From NCBI GenBank assembly GCA_002691145.1, contig NZHE01000024.1, forward strand, positions 78,115-142,114: a DNA stretch of 64,000 bases. The letters run 5' to 3'. Each line of letters begins with the position of its first letter. Position 1 is the first letter of the stretch. Source of the DNA: Rickettsiales bacterium. Lineage in GTDB: Bacteria > Pseudomonadota > Alphaproteobacteria > Methylaequorales > Methylaequoraceae. The notes below the pieces were generated by a model. That model ran no database searches, was not told where the DNA came from, and worked only from the letters and a program-made list of their open reading frames with translations. Position numbers and translations under genes: made by a program. This document shows positions 28,396-38,548 of this stretch, piece after piece.

Positions 28396-29745
28396 TTCAA
28401 TATTTACTGATAAACCTTTGAATTTTGATTCAGACATCCAAACTTTACCTGAGTAAATGTCTACAGTATCTTTAACAATGTTTAATCCCAAACCTGTTCC
28501 GGGAGTTTGTTCATCTAGTCTAAATCCACGAGCAAAAACTTTTTTTCTTTCAATTTCAGATAATCCAGGTCCATTGTCAGAAATTATGAACTTAATTTTA
28601 TTTTCAGAACTCTTGGAAATGTTTACATTGACTAAATTCTTTGTCCACTTACAAGCATTCTCTAATACATTTCCTAAAATCTCATTTAAATCGTCAGAAT
28701 CCCCTAAAAACATAAGTTTTTTTCCTTCAAATTTATAATTTATTGTTATTTGCGGATTAATTTTTTGAAAAACTTTTATTATCTTTTTGGTAGTTACTTC
28801 TACATCTATTTTTTTACTTACTATTTTAGTTTTTGAAGAGGTTCGTGCTTTATTCAAATATTTATCTACATATGTTTTTATCATTTCGACTTGCGGTACC
28901 ATTATTTTCTCTCCCACACCTTTTTTATTTTTATCAAGTTGATTGCTTATGACTGCTAAAGGTGTTTTTAAAGCATGCGCTAAATTACCAACATGAGTTT
29001 TTGCTCTCTCTACAATCTTTTCATTATGTTCAAGTAAAATATTTATTTCTCTTGCTAATGGAGATACTTCAATTGGATAGTTTTCTTCCAGCTTTGTTGC
29101 ATCACCGTTTCTTATTTTAAATAAAGAATTTTTTATTTTTTTTAACGGAAGCAAACCGTATTTTACTTGTAAAAAAACCGACAAAAGAAGACCTAAACCT
29201 AAAACAACTAATGATGAAATCAAGATATTATTGTATAAGGAAATATTTTTTTCAAATTCTTGAGTGTCACCACTTACCATAAAAGTTAACGGCTCATCAA
29301 ATCCTGGAAACGAAATTTCTCTTTGTAATATAATTAACTTTTGTGATTGAACAAACTCTTTCACATTTTTATTGTTTTTATTTGTATTTATAAATTGAGC
29401 TCTGCCTCCAATTAGTCTTTTATCAAGTGTTAAAACCTGATCCCACATAGATCTTGATCTCACAAGAGTTTTTGAGCCCTCATTAATTTGCCAATACCAT
29501 CCAGAGTATGGTTGAAAAAATCTTGGATCACCCAGTGAATTTACGACTGTTATGCTGTTTGTAGAATCAATTTTACTGGAACCAATTAAAGATTCCATGA
29601 ATAAATTTAATTTATCATTGAATGACTTTTCAGTCGATTCTCTGAAAATATCAGATAATAAAAGCCCCCCACTGAATAAAGTTAAAAGGATCCACACTGA
29701 AGCGCTTAAAAATAATCTCAAAGCTAAAGAATTTATAAGATTCAT
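28378..29745 (-). CDS. Sensor histidine kinase (PhoQ/QseC/FeuQ-like)
   Basis: Two TMs, periplasmic SGWYWQI...RSRS, HAMP, H-box NLAHALKTPL, ENACKW, DNGPG, RGFRLDE, GTGLGL. Confidence 0.93.
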   Translation of the reverse strand: MNLINSLALRLFLSASVWILLTLFSGGLLLSDIFRESTEKSFNDKLNLFMESLIGSSKIDSTNSITVVNSLGDPRFFQPYSGWYWQINEGSKTLVRSRSMWDQVLTLDKRLIGGRAQFINTNKNNKNVKEFVQSQKLIILQREISFPGFDEPLTFMVSGDTQEFEKNISLYNNILISSLVVLGLGLLLSVFLQVKYGLLPLKKIKNSLFKIRNGDATKLEENYPIEVSPLAREINILLEHNEKIVERAKTHVGNLAHALKTPLAVISNQLDKNKKGVGEKIMVPQVEMIKTYVDKYLNKARTSSKTKIVSKKIDVEVTTKKIIKVFQKINPQITINYKFEGKKLMFLGDSDDLNEILGNVLENACKWTKNLVNVNISKSSENKIKFIISDNGPGLSEIERKKVFARGFRLDEQTPGTGLGLNIVKDTVDIYSGKVWMSESKFKGLSVNIELPCVI

Positions 29746-29747
29746 TG

Positions 29748-30410
29748 TTAATCTTCCAAAGATAATCTGTAACCATAACCTCTTTCTGTTTTTATCAAAT
29801 TAGCACCTAGTTTTTTTCTTAGTCTTCCAATAAAAACTTCTATAGTATTTGAGTCTCTATCAAAGTCTTGATCGTATATATGTTCGGTTAACTCGGTTCT
29901 AGTTATAATCTTATCCTGATGATGAAGAAAATACTCAATGATTTTATATTCATGAGAAGTTAGTTTTAACTTAGTACCGTTGATAAAAACTTTATTTGAT
30001 TTGGTATCAATTTTAAGCGGTCCACACTCAATATCTGATGATGCGTGACCGGCCGATCTTCTAATAAGGGCTCTCAATCTAGCTAACAACTCTTCCATCT
30101 GAAATGGTTTTGTAACGTAATCATCTGCACCAGAATCAAATCCTGAAACTTTTTCACTCCATCTATCTCTCGCTGTTAATATTAATACAGGAAATTTTTT
30201 TTTATCCTTTCTCCATTTTTCTAGTACTGTAAGACCATCAATTTTTGGTAATCCAAGATCTAAAATTACTGTATCATAGGGTTCCGTATCTCCAAGAAAA
30301 TGACCCTCCTCACCGTCACTTGCTGTATCTACAGTATAACCATTATCCTCTAAGGATTGTTTTATCTGTTTTAATAAATTAGGATCATCTTCTACTAATA
30401 AAACTCTCAT
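29748..30410 (-). CDS. OmpR-family response regulator (PhoP/FeuP-like)
   Basis: VEDD, LDLGLP, LTARD, GADDYVTKPF, winged helix with DSNTIEVFIGRLRKK and RGYGY. Confidence 0.95.
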   Translation of the reverse strand: MRVLLVEDDPNLLKQIKQSLEDNGYTVDTASDGEEGHFLGDTEPYDTVILDLGLPKIDGLTVLEKWRKDKKKFPVLILTARDRWSEKVSGFDSGADDYVTKPFQMEELLARLRALIRRSAGHASSDIECGPLKIDTKSNKVFINGTKLKLTSHEYKIIEYFLHHQDKIITRTELTEHIYDQDFDRDSNTIEVFIGRLRKKLGANLIKTERGYGYRLSLED

Positions 30411-30727
30411 TATTTTGCCCCTCCTTCGATTAAAAGAACCGTCGAGGTTCCTGCATCTACTCTTAAATTAATGACTTTGTTGTTCTCGTCTATCATTCTA
30501 ATATCATATACCCATCCAAAAAGTCCTTTTTCGCTATCTTTTAAATTAATCGCTAAAATCCTTCCATCAAATTTTTCTTGAATTGATTCCAATATTTGAG
30601 CTAAAGGTAATATTTCTCCACTTTTTACCGCCTCAATTGCTTTTTCGTGATCATTATAGTTTGCCAAACTATAAGTTGATAATTCAAAAAATGTTATAAT
30701 CAAGCATAAAAAAAATCTAGATTTCAA
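30410..30727 (-). CDS. PepSY domain periplasmic protein
   Basis: Signal peptide, DHEKAIEAVKSGEILPL, VYDI, VDAGT. Confidence 0.85.
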   Translation of the reverse strand: MKSRFFLCLIITFFELSTYSLANYNDHEKAIEAVKSGEILPLAQILESIQEKFDGRILAINLKDSEKGLFGWVYDIRMIDENNKVINLRVDAGTSTVLLIEGGAK

Positions 30728-31803
30728 TTAATAACCTCGCTTGTAATCTTTGACATTAATTTTGAAAAAGGAAAATCAATGAATTTATCTTTTTCAACCC
30801 AAAGTCCAGAATTAGTAACTATCTTATCTTTTGTAGATTCTATCTTAACAATAAAAAGTTTTAAATCAAAACCAGAAAAATTATGTTTAATAGTACCTAA
30901 CTCTAGGTAAGAATTTACTAAAAAATTAGATTTTATCCATGAATTAATTGTTTTTTTTTTTAATAAATTAATGTCACTTGTTTTATTAATTGAGAAAAAA
31001 TCTGAAGTTGGAAATCCAAACATACCTTGTAAAAGTTTTTCTTCTGATTTAACAATAAGATATTTTTTTTTAAATTTTATTAAAAATACTATTCCGAATT
31101 TTTTATTTCTAATTTTTTTTGGTTTTTCAACGTGTTCTCTTTTATTAATGTTGAAATCACATAAACAGTTCACTGGACAAACACTACATTTAGGTTTTTT
31201 TGTAATACAAATAGTTGCACCTAAATCCATTAAACTTTGACAGTATTCTGAACGATTGTTTTGAGGAGTTAAACTTTGTGCATAAAATAAAATTTTTTTA
31301 AGGTAGTTCTTTTCCTTTTCGTCAAGATTAAATGCTCTTGACAGGATTCTTTTAATATTTCCATCAATAACTGCCCTATTACCATTTTTAAGAATTGCTG
31401 AAATAGATGCAGCTGTATAATCTCCAATTCCTGGAAGCTTTATTAGATTATCAAATGCTAGATAAATTTTTTTTTTTTTTAATATTTCAAGAGTTCTATA
31501 AATATTATGAGCTCTTTGATAGTATCCTAGTCCCTTCCAAGCTAATAAAATATCATTAAGTGTGGCGGATTTAAAACTTTTAAAATTTGGCCATTTTTTT
31601 TTAAATTTTACAAAATATGGTATAACAGTATTAACTTTAGTTTGTTGCAACATGACCTCGCTAATCCAAATAGAATAGAAATTTTGGTTTTTTTTTTTTC
31701 TCCACGGTAAATTTCTCTTATTAATTGCGTACCAATTCAATAAATGGTTTACCCATGTCTTTTTTTTTTTTAAGATGATATTATTTGTTAAACTTTTAAG
31801 CAT
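30724..31803 (-). CDS. mutY: A/G-specific adenine glycosylase
   Basis: WY....R.LPWR, SEVMLQQT, W.GLGYY.RA, HhH LPGIGDYTA, IDGN, CX6CX2CX5C cluster, C-terminal HNFS. Confidence 0.95.
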   Translation of the reverse strand: MLKSLTNNIILKKKKTWVNHLLNWYAINKRNLPWRKKKNQNFYSIWISEVMLQQTKVNTVIPYFVKFKKKWPNFKSFKSATLNDILLAWKGLGYYQRAHNIYRTLEILKKKKIYLAFDNLIKLPGIGDYTAASISAILKNGNRAVIDGNIKRILSRAFNLDEKEKNYLKKILFYAQSLTPQNNRSEYCQSLMDLGATICITKKPKCSVCPVNCLCDFNINKREHVEKPKKIRNKKFGIVFLIKFKKKYLIVKSEEKLLQGMFGFPTSDFFSINKTSDINLLKKKTINSWIKSNFLVNSYLELGTIKHNFSGFDLKLFIVKIESTKDKIVTNSGLWVEKDKFIDFPFSKLMSKITSEVIN

Positions 31804-31811
31804 TTTTAAAT

Positions 31812-32141
31812 ATGAGTAAAAAAAATCTTTCTAATCCAAATTCTATAGCATCTATAATCCCAACTATACTAAAACCAATTAAAAAAAAATTTTCTACTAA
31901 ATTTTTGGAACTTAGTTGCAATTGGGAAAATATATTTGAAAAAGATTTTACCAGAAAATGTTCGCCTTTAAAATGTTATAAACTTAACGATAAAAATATT
32001 TTAGAAATAACGGTTGTTAGTATTTATGCACTCGAATATTCATTTCGTCTAGAGGAGATTAAAAAAAAAATTAATTGCTTTTTTAAAGCTGACTACATAG
32101 ATAGTATAAAAATAAAGAAAATTTATGTAAATAATATATAA
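31812..32141 (+). CDS. DciA / DUF721 family protein
   Basis: L...WENI.....CSP.K...LEI......ALE.......KIN.FF....I..IK pattern. Conserved mutY<->dciA-dsbA-smc synteny. Confidence 0.7.
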   Translation: MSKKNLSNPNSIASIIPTILKPIKKKFSTKFLELSCNWENIFEKDFTRKCSPLKCYKLNDKNILEITVVSIYALEYSFRLEEIKKKINCFFKADYIDSIKIKKIYVNNI

Positions 32142-32142
32142 A

Positions 32143-32757
32143 ATGATACCTTTTAAAAATAAAATAGTTTGCTTTTTATCAGTACTTGTTTTTTTACTAC
32201 TACCAACTTTATCGAAATCTCAAATCGTAGATACACTAGAAGCACTTGAAGAAAAAGCCCTAGGAAATAAAGATGCTAAAATTAAAATGATAGAATTTGC
32301 ATCATTAACTTGCGGACACTGTGCAAAATTTCATAATGAAGTTATGCCTCAGATTAAAGAAAAATATATAAAAAATGGGGATGTTCTTTTTGTTTATAAT
32401 GATTTTCCGTTAGACAAATTTGCTCTCAAGGCCTCAATTATTGCTAGATGTTCAGGAAACAAAAATTATTTTAATTTCTTAGATGTATTTTATAAAAAAC
32501 AGAAGGATTGGACTCGTACGAAAGATCCATTTAAATCACTTCTTAAGATTGCTAAGTTTGGAGGTCTTAAAGACGATGATATAAAAGTATGTGTTGGAAA
32601 TAAATCAATTGAAGACGGAATTCTGAAAAATAGACTGAGATATACTAAAGAATATGAAATAAAAGCTACTCCTACTATTTATTTTAACAACAAGAAGTAC
32701 GAGGGAGTTTTGAGTATTGAAGCTATTGAGAAAAAAATAGAATCTCTTTTAAAATAA
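32143..32757 (+). CDS. DsbA-family thioredoxin-like oxidoreductase
   Basis: Signal peptide, IEFASLTCGHCA.FH, DFPLD, ATPT cis-Pro loop. Confidence 0.92.
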   Translation: MIPFKNKIVCFLSVLVFLLLPTLSKSQIVDTLEALEEKALGNKDAKIKMIEFASLTCGHCAKFHNEVMPQIKEKYIKNGDVLFVYNDFPLDKFALKASIIARCSGNKNYFNFLDVFYKKQKDWTRTKDPFKSLLKIAKFGGLKDDDIKVCVGNKSIEDGILKNRLRYTKEYEIKATPTIYFNNKKYEGVLSIEAIEKKIESLLK

Positions 32758-32770
32758 TAAATTAAAAAAA

Positions 32771-35700
32771 TTGATTAAAGTAAACAAGTTAAAAATTTCA
32801 GGATTTAAATCTTTCGCATTTCCATCTGAAATTGAAATCCATGACGGTGTCACAGGCGTAATAGGTCCTAATGGATGTGGAAAATCAAATATTTTTGAAG
32901 CTATAAGATGGGTAATGGGTGAAACATCATCCAAAAGCCTTCGTTCAGGATCAATGGACGAGGTTATATTTAGTGGAACAGAAAAGGTTCCCGCAAAAAA
33001 TTTTGCAGAAGTAAATATTTATTTAGAGAAATTAGAACAAGATAATAATTCTAATAGAGAGCAAATTATTATTTCAAGAATATTAGAGAGAGGGGTTGGT
33101 TCTTTTTATAAAATAAATAATAAAGATGTTAGGGCGAAAGACGTTTTAGTTTTATTCTCAGACACAGGAAGTGGACCTCGCTCGAGTTCAATAATCGGAC
33201 AGGGCAATATAGACCAAATCATTAATTTCAAACCAATTGAAAGAAAGATAATTCTAGAGGAAGCAGCCGGCACATCAGGATTACAGTCAAGAAGACACGA
33301 ATCAGAACTAAAATTATCTGCTACCGAAGTTAATTTAGATAGATTATCTGATACTATTTTGTCACTGGAGAATCAAGAAAAATCATTAAATAGACAAGCT
33401 CGACAGGCTGATAGATATCAAGAAATTACTGATAAAATTAAAAATAATGAATCCAAACTTTTATTTCAAGAATGGAATCAATTCGAGTCTGAGCACGACA
33501 CTTTAATAAAAAAATCAGAGGATCTGAAAAAAAGCTTAGCCTTATCAAATGACAAGTTAAAAACTTTCGAAAGGAAAAAAAAATCTATCGAATCAAGTTA
33601 TAATATCTCAAGTGAGAAATTACTAAAACTTGAAAGAGAAGCGCAATTAAAATCATCTGAAAAAAATATTTTAATTAATAAAAAAGATTTACTTTCTAAC
33701 AAAAAGCAAGATATTTTGTACGCCCTGGAAATTATAGAAAAAGACAGTTCAAACGAAAAAAATAAGATTGTAGAGTTTGAAAGAAAGATTAAGAATATAA
33801 AAAATGAAGTTAATAATTTTAACATAGAAAAGTTAAAGACATTATTTAAAAATCATCAAACTGAGGAGTTCAAACTTCAGGAAAAATTAAAAGTTTTTGA
33901 ATCAAGTCTTGCCAATGAAATGCAACTTGTATTGGGTGAAGAATTTAAGCAAGATACCATAAAAGAATCTAAAGATTTTTTAGAAAAGAAAAAAAATCAA
34001 TTATCATTACAAGCAGACGAATTAAGTGCGAAAATTTTGCAATTGAAACAAAATCTTAAAAATGACAAAACTAATGAATATAAGAAAAAAATTGCAGTTC
34101 AGAGAACAAATATTCAAGAAAGACAAAATGAAAGTAATAAACTAAACAATCAGAAAGAAAAAGAAATCGAAAAATTAAAAAAACATCAGCTTAAAATAGA
34201 AAACACGAAGAATAAAATAACAGAGATTAAAACTGAAATAAATACTTTAACTAATCTAATTAAAAAATTTGATATTAACGAGAATTCAATTTTCAATCTT
34301 CTCAAAATAAAAAAAGGTTATGAAAATGCGGTATATTCAGTATTAGAGAATGAGTTAAGTGCTGATATTAACCAATATAAAAAAAGATGGACTAAAAAAG
34401 AGATTGCTAGTTTAGTAGAGGACGACAAAGACTCTTTAAAAAATTATGTACTTGCCCCCGTTGAATTAGAGGCAATTTTATCTCAATTTATATTATTGAA
34501 AAATGATAATCTTGATTTTGATGATAAAAAAATAAAAGTTGGTCAAGTGTTTGTTACGAAAAAAGGCAGTTTTAAAAGATGGGATGGATATATAAAAAAT
34601 AAAAATAATGAAGAAAAAAACTGGTACGATTACAAAGATACAATTAAAAGTTTAAATTTTGATTTAGAAAAATACAATAAAGTTCTAATAGAGCTAAATA
34701 TAGATAAAGAAAAGTGTGAAGAAATAATTAATTCAAATGAGGAGAATACAAATAATTTAATATTAAGCATACAGAATTTGAAAAATGATATGGATGAAAC
34801 AACTAATGCTCAACGAACTTATCAAGAGGAAAGAGCCTCACAATTAAATAGTTTTGATAAGTTAAATGAAAACTATAAGTTTTTGAACGAAGAAATTCTA
34901 TCAATAAATACAGAGTTAAAAAAAATAAGCCAAAACAAAGAGAAATCTATTTCTAACGGAAATGGAAATAAAAAAAATAATAGTCTTAGCATAAAATTAT
35001 CAATTAAAGAGATTCAATCAAAATTAAGTGCAAAAAGAAGAATATTATCTGAACTGAACGAAAAAATTTTAGGTATGGAAATAAATTTAAAGTATTTAAA
35101 GAATGACCTAAAACAGACTGAAAGTTTTAAAGTTCAAGCCGAAGAACAACTTTTGAATTTGAAAGAAAGATTTAAAAAATATAGTTATGAAAAAGAAGAT
35201 CTTTCAAATTCTCCCATCGAGTTAGATAATAAGATTTTAGATCTTAATGAAAAACTGAAAGATATTGATATAAAGTTCAAAGTGAAAGATTTAGAAGTTG
35301 TAAATCTAAAAAAAGAATTAAACCAAATTAATGAAAACATAAAAGAAATTGATTTTTCAAGGGCTGATAAAAAGACTGACCTAATAAGAAATGAGGAGAA
35401 TCAAGTCCATTTAAATGAGAAAAAAAATGACTTACGGGGTATAATATTTCAAAGGCTAAAATGTAATCCAGAGGAGATAACACATAAGTTTGGAATACAA
35501 AATAATAATGGTGAATTAATTGAAGATTTAAAAGAAAGCCTAAATAGATTGAATCTTCAAAGAGAACAGATGGGGCCTGTGAATTTACGTGCAAATATTG
35601 AAAAAAAAGAAATAACTAAAAAAATAGAGGAATATGAATTAGAGAAAAATGATTTGTATCAAGCAATTCAAAAACTAAGACAAGGAATTAGTCAAATTAA

Positions 35701-36193
35701 TAGTGAAGGTAAAAAAAAACTATTAAGTGCATTCGAGGATGTTAATAAAAATTTCGCTTATTTATTTGAAAAATTATTTGAGGGTGGTAATGCACGTCTT
35801 GAGTTATTAGCTTCTGATGATCCTCTTCAGACTGGTGTAGAAATATTTGCTAGACCTCCTGGAAAAAAGCTAACAAGTATTAACCTCTTATCTGGTGGTG
35901 AGAAAACTCTAACTGCCATAGCTCTAATATTTTCAATTTTTTTAATAAATCCCTCTCCAATCTGTATTCTTGACGAGGTTGATGCTGCACTTGACGATTC
36001 TAACGTAGAAAAATTTTGTCAACTGATGAATGAAATTAAAAATAATACTAGAACAAAATTCTTAATAATTTCACATCATAAAACAACTATGTCTATGGTA
36101 GACAGAGTTTATGGTGTTACAATGAGTCAAAAAGGAATATCTGATATTGTGTCAGTTGATTTTAGTGACAGTACAAGCTTAAATTCAATATAA
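32771..36193 (+). CDS. smc: Chromosome segregation protein SMC
   Basis: GFKSF, Walker A GPNGCGKSN, long coiled coils, GPVNLRA, LSGGEK, ILDEVDAALD. TTG start. Confidence 0.96.
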   Translation: MIKVNKLKISGFKSFAFPSEIEIHDGVTGVIGPNGCGKSNIFEAIRWVMGETSSKSLRSGSMDEVIFSGTEKVPAKNFAEVNIYLEKLEQDNNSNREQIIISRILERGVGSFYKINNKDVRAKDVLVLFSDTGSGPRSSSIIGQGNIDQIINFKPIERKIILEEAAGTSGLQSRRHESELKLSATEVNLDRLSDTILSLENQEKSLNRQARQADRYQEITDKIKNNESKLLFQEWNQFESEHDTLIKKSEDLKKSLALSNDKLKTFERKKKSIESSYNISSEKLLKLEREAQLKSSEKNILINKKDLLSNKKQDILYALEIIEKDSSNEKNKIVEFERKIKNIKNEVNNFNIEKLKTLFKNHQTEEFKLQEKLKVFESSLANEMQLVLGEEFKQDTIKESKDFLEKKKNQLSLQADELSAKILQLKQNLKNDKTNEYKKKIAVQRTNIQERQNESNKLNNQKEKEIEKLKKHQLKIENTKNKITEIKTEINTLTNLIKKFDINENSIFNLLKIKKGYENAVYSVLENELSADINQYKKRWTKKEIASLVEDDKDSLKNYVLAPVELEAILSQFILLKNDNLDFDDKKIKVGQVFVTKKGSFKRWDGYIKNKNNEEKNWYDYKDTIKSLNFDLEKYNKVLIELNIDKEKCEEIINSNEENTNNLILSIQNLKNDMDETTNAQRTYQEERASQLNSFDKLNENYKFLNEEILSINTELKKISQNKEKSISNGNGNKKNNSLSIKLSIKEIQSKLSAKRRILSELNEKILGMEINLKYLKNDLKQTESFKVQAEEQLLNLKERFKKYSYEKEDLSNSPIELDNKILDLNEKLKDIDIKFKVKDLEVVNLKKELNQINENIKEIDFSRADKKTDLIRNEENQVHLNEKKNDLRGIIFQRLKCNPEEITHKFGIQNNNGELIEDLKESLNRLNLQREQMGPVNLRANIEKKEITKKIEEYELEKNDLYQAIQKLRQGISQINSEGKKKLLSAFEDVNKNFAYLFEKLFEGGNARLELLASDDPLQTGVEIFARPPGKKLTSINLLSGGEKTLTAIALIFSIFLINPSPICILDEVDAALDDSNVEKFCQLMNEIKNNTRTKFLIISHHKTTMSMVDRVYGVTMSQKGISDIVSVDFSDSTSLNSI

Positions 36194-36198
36194 TTTAG

Positions 36199-36468
36199 AT
36201 GGCAGAAAGAAATAATATCGAACAGAAAATAAAGAGTTTTAAGCAGAAAAACAAGACTAAAAATAATGAAGTAAAAAAAAACAGTTTTGGTTTTGCATAT
36301 AAAATTTCCGTTGATTTGATAGCGTCAGTTGTTGTTGGATGTTTGATAGGATTAGGACTAGATTCTATATTTAACTCTAAACCAGTCTTTTTTTTAATTT
36401 TTTTATTTTTAGGTATTGCGGCGGGTTTCTGGAATATGTATCGTACAATTTTAAATTTAGATAAATAA
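36199..36468 (+). CDS. atpI: AtpZ/AtpI family ATP synthase accessory protein
   Basis: Two TMs, VG.LIG..LD......P...L.F..LG.AAG..N. First gene of the F0 operon. Confidence 0.88.
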   Translation: MAERNNIEQKIKSFKQKNKTKNNEVKKNSFGFAYKISVDLIASVVVGCLIGLGLDSIFNSKPVFFLIFLFLGIAAGFWNMYRTILNLDK

Positions 36469-36485
36469 CATTTGTTAACATAAAA

Positions 36486-37226
36486 ATGGCTAGTCCCTTA
36501 GAACAATTTGAGATTAAAACAATTATACCAATTGAATTATCTGGTTATGATATCTCATTTACAAATTCATCTCTTGCCATGTTAGGATCAATTTTTATAG
36601 TTACTTTTGTATTATTTTTAGGATTAAGAAAAACAACTCTTATACCTGGAAAACTTCAATCGTTTATTGAGCTAAGTTACGAGTTTATAGCTAATATGAT
36701 TTCAGATAATATTGGTAAAGAAGGTATAAAGTATTTTCCTTTTATATTTACTCTTTTCTTTTTTATTTTATTAGGTAATTTAGTTGGAATGTTGCCATTT
36801 AGTTTTACATGGACAAGTCATATTATTGTAACTTTTGCAATTTCATTTTTCATTTTTTTAGCAGCTACTTTTATAGCGATTTTCAAACATGGAATCATAA
36901 ATTTTCTTGCTTTCTTTGCTCCCTCTGGAGTTCCAAAAGTAATGTTATTACTTTTAGTTCCAATTGAAATAATCTCATATCTTTCAAGACCTGTAAGCTT
37001 ATCAGTACGATTATTTGCAAATATGATGGCTGGTCATACCTTATTAAAAGTAATTGGCGGCTTTGTTTTTGTTTTAGGGATTAATACATTTTTGGTCGGT
37101 GCTTTAATTCCAGTAACCTTTTTAATTGCATTAACTGGTTTAGAGATAGTGATAGCTTTTTTGCAGGCTTATGTATTTGCAATTTTAACTTGTTTATATA
37201 TAAATGATGCAATACATTTACATTAA
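36486..37226 (+). CDS. atpB: F0F1 ATP synthase subunit a
   Basis: SPLEQF, SFTNSS, RPVSLSVRLFANMMAGH, LQAYVFAILTCLYINDA. Confidence 0.98.
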   Translation: MASPLEQFEIKTIIPIELSGYDISFTNSSLAMLGSIFIVTFVLFLGLRKTTLIPGKLQSFIELSYEFIANMISDNIGKEGIKYFPFIFTLFFFILLGNLVGMLPFSFTWTSHIIVTFAISFFIFLAATFIAIFKHGIINFLAFFAPSGVPKVMLLLLVPIEIISYLSRPVSLSVRLFANMMAGHTLLKVIGGFVFVLGINTFLVGALIPVTFLIALTGLEIVIAFLQAYVFAILTCLYINDAIHLH

Positions 37227-37250
37227 ATTTAATTTTTAATAGGAGATATT

Positions 37251-37478
37251 ATGGATATTGAAGCTGCAAAATTGTTAGGTGCTGGAATCGCCGTTCTTGG
37301 TGTTATTGGCTCAGGAATAGGTATTGGTAATATTTTTGCAGCATTTATTAATGCTGTAGGAAGAAACCCAGGTGCTAGAGAGCATGTATTTACAATGACT
37401 ATGCTTGGTTTTGCTCTTGTGGAAGCCCTTGCTTTATTTGCCCTTATCATTGCATTGTTACTCCTATTTGTCTTTTAA
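37251..37478 (+). CDS. atpE: F0F1 ATP synthase subunit c
   Basis: GxGxGxG helix, RNP loop, GFALVEA carboxylate; SD GGAG upstream. Confidence 0.98.
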   Translation: MDIEAAKLLGAGIAVLGVIGSGIGIGNIFAAFINAVGRNPGAREHVFTMTMLGFALVEALALFALIIALLLLFVF

Positions 37479-37481
37479 GAA

Positions 37482-38045
37482 ATGTGCTTAAACAAAAAAT
37501 ATATTTTAATTTTTTTATATTTTTTTCCCTTATTTTTAAAAGCTGAAGAATCAAAAGGAGGAATGCCTCAACTTGATCCTTCATCATATGTTTCTCAAGT
37601 TTTTTGGTTAGTTATTTTTTTTACTATTCTATATTTACTAGTTAGTTTTATTTTCTTTCCAAAAATAATTGATATTAGAGAATATCGAGAGAAAGTCATA
37701 AATGATTATATAAAATCAGCAGAAAATTTAAATACTGAAGCTAACGAACTTGAAAAAGAGATTAAAGATGAAATAGCAGCTTGTGAGAATGAAGTTAACA
37801 AAATTATAAAGAAATCTATGGATAGTAGTAAATCCTTTTTTGATGCAGAAATAAAAGTTGTAAATGGCGAAATTGAAAAAAAAATTGAAAGAGCAACAGA
37901 AGAATTAAAAGAAAGAAAAAATGAAATAGAAAATTCTCTATATTTGCATTCCTCAGAATTATCAAATTTAATGTATAAGAAAATTCTTACTACAGAAAAT
38001 GCTATAAGTCCTGATGAATTTAAAAAAATATTAAATACAAGCTAG
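37482..38045 (+). CDS. F0F1 ATP synthase subunit b'
   Basis: GMPQLD.S.Y.SQVFWL, TM, then coiled coil. Confidence 0.92.
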   Translation: MCLNKKYILIFLYFFPLFLKAEESKGGMPQLDPSSYVSQVFWLVIFFTILYLLVSFIFFPKIIDIREYREKVINDYIKSAENLNTEANELEKEIKDEIAACENEVNKIIKKSMDSSKSFFDAEIKVVNGEIEKKIERATEELKERKNEIENSLYLHSSELSNLMYKKILTTENAISPDEFKKILNTS

Positions 38046-38056
38046 GATAATATATT

Positions 38057-38548
38057 ATGGAATTTTTAAACGATGCAACTATTTGGGTTGCTACCTCATT
38101 TATACTGTTTATTCTTCTTGTAATAAAACCAATTTTACGTTCTTCAAATCAGATGTTGTCTCAAAAATCAAAGCTAATCGAAGACCAAATAAATGATGCG
38201 AAAGCAATTAGGGATGAGTCGAAAAAAGTATTAGAAAACTTTAAAAAGGAAAAGCTTATTACCGATAAGAAGATTATAGAGATGATTGAAAACGCAAAAA
38301 AAGAAGCCTTAGATATACAAAATAAAATGAAAAAAAGTCTTTCTGATACCATTAAAAATAAAGAAAAAACTTGCGAAGAAAGAATAAATCAAGTTAAACA
38401 AAAAATAGAAAAAGAAATCTCAAAAAAAATCCTCATCACTGCTAGCAAAGTAACTAAAGAAAGGATCTTAAAAGATCTTTCTGAACAAAAAGATGAAGAA
38501 TTAATAAAAAAATCAATTAAAAATGTAGACTTTAAAATTAATGAATAA
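38057..38548 (+). CDS. atpF: F0F1 ATP synthase subunit b
   Basis: DATIWVATSF TM followed by a charged coiled coil; operon position. Confidence 0.9.
   Translation: MEFLNDATIWVATSFILFILLVIKPILRSSNQMLSQKSKLIEDQINDAKAIRDESKKVLENFKKEKLITDKKIIEMIENAKKEALDIQNKMKKSLSDTIKNKEKTCEERINQVKQKIEKEISKKILITASKVTKERILKDLSEQKDEELIKKSIKNVDFKINE

Noticed and set aside
33400-35700. Long low-complexity K/E/N-rich stretch that looks repetitive
   Set aside because: It is the SMC coiled coil; I saw no exact tandem DNA repeat.
37482-37560. Signal-peptide-like N-terminal extension on ATP synthase b'
   Set aside because: An extension before GMPQLD is common in alphaproteobacterial b' subunits.
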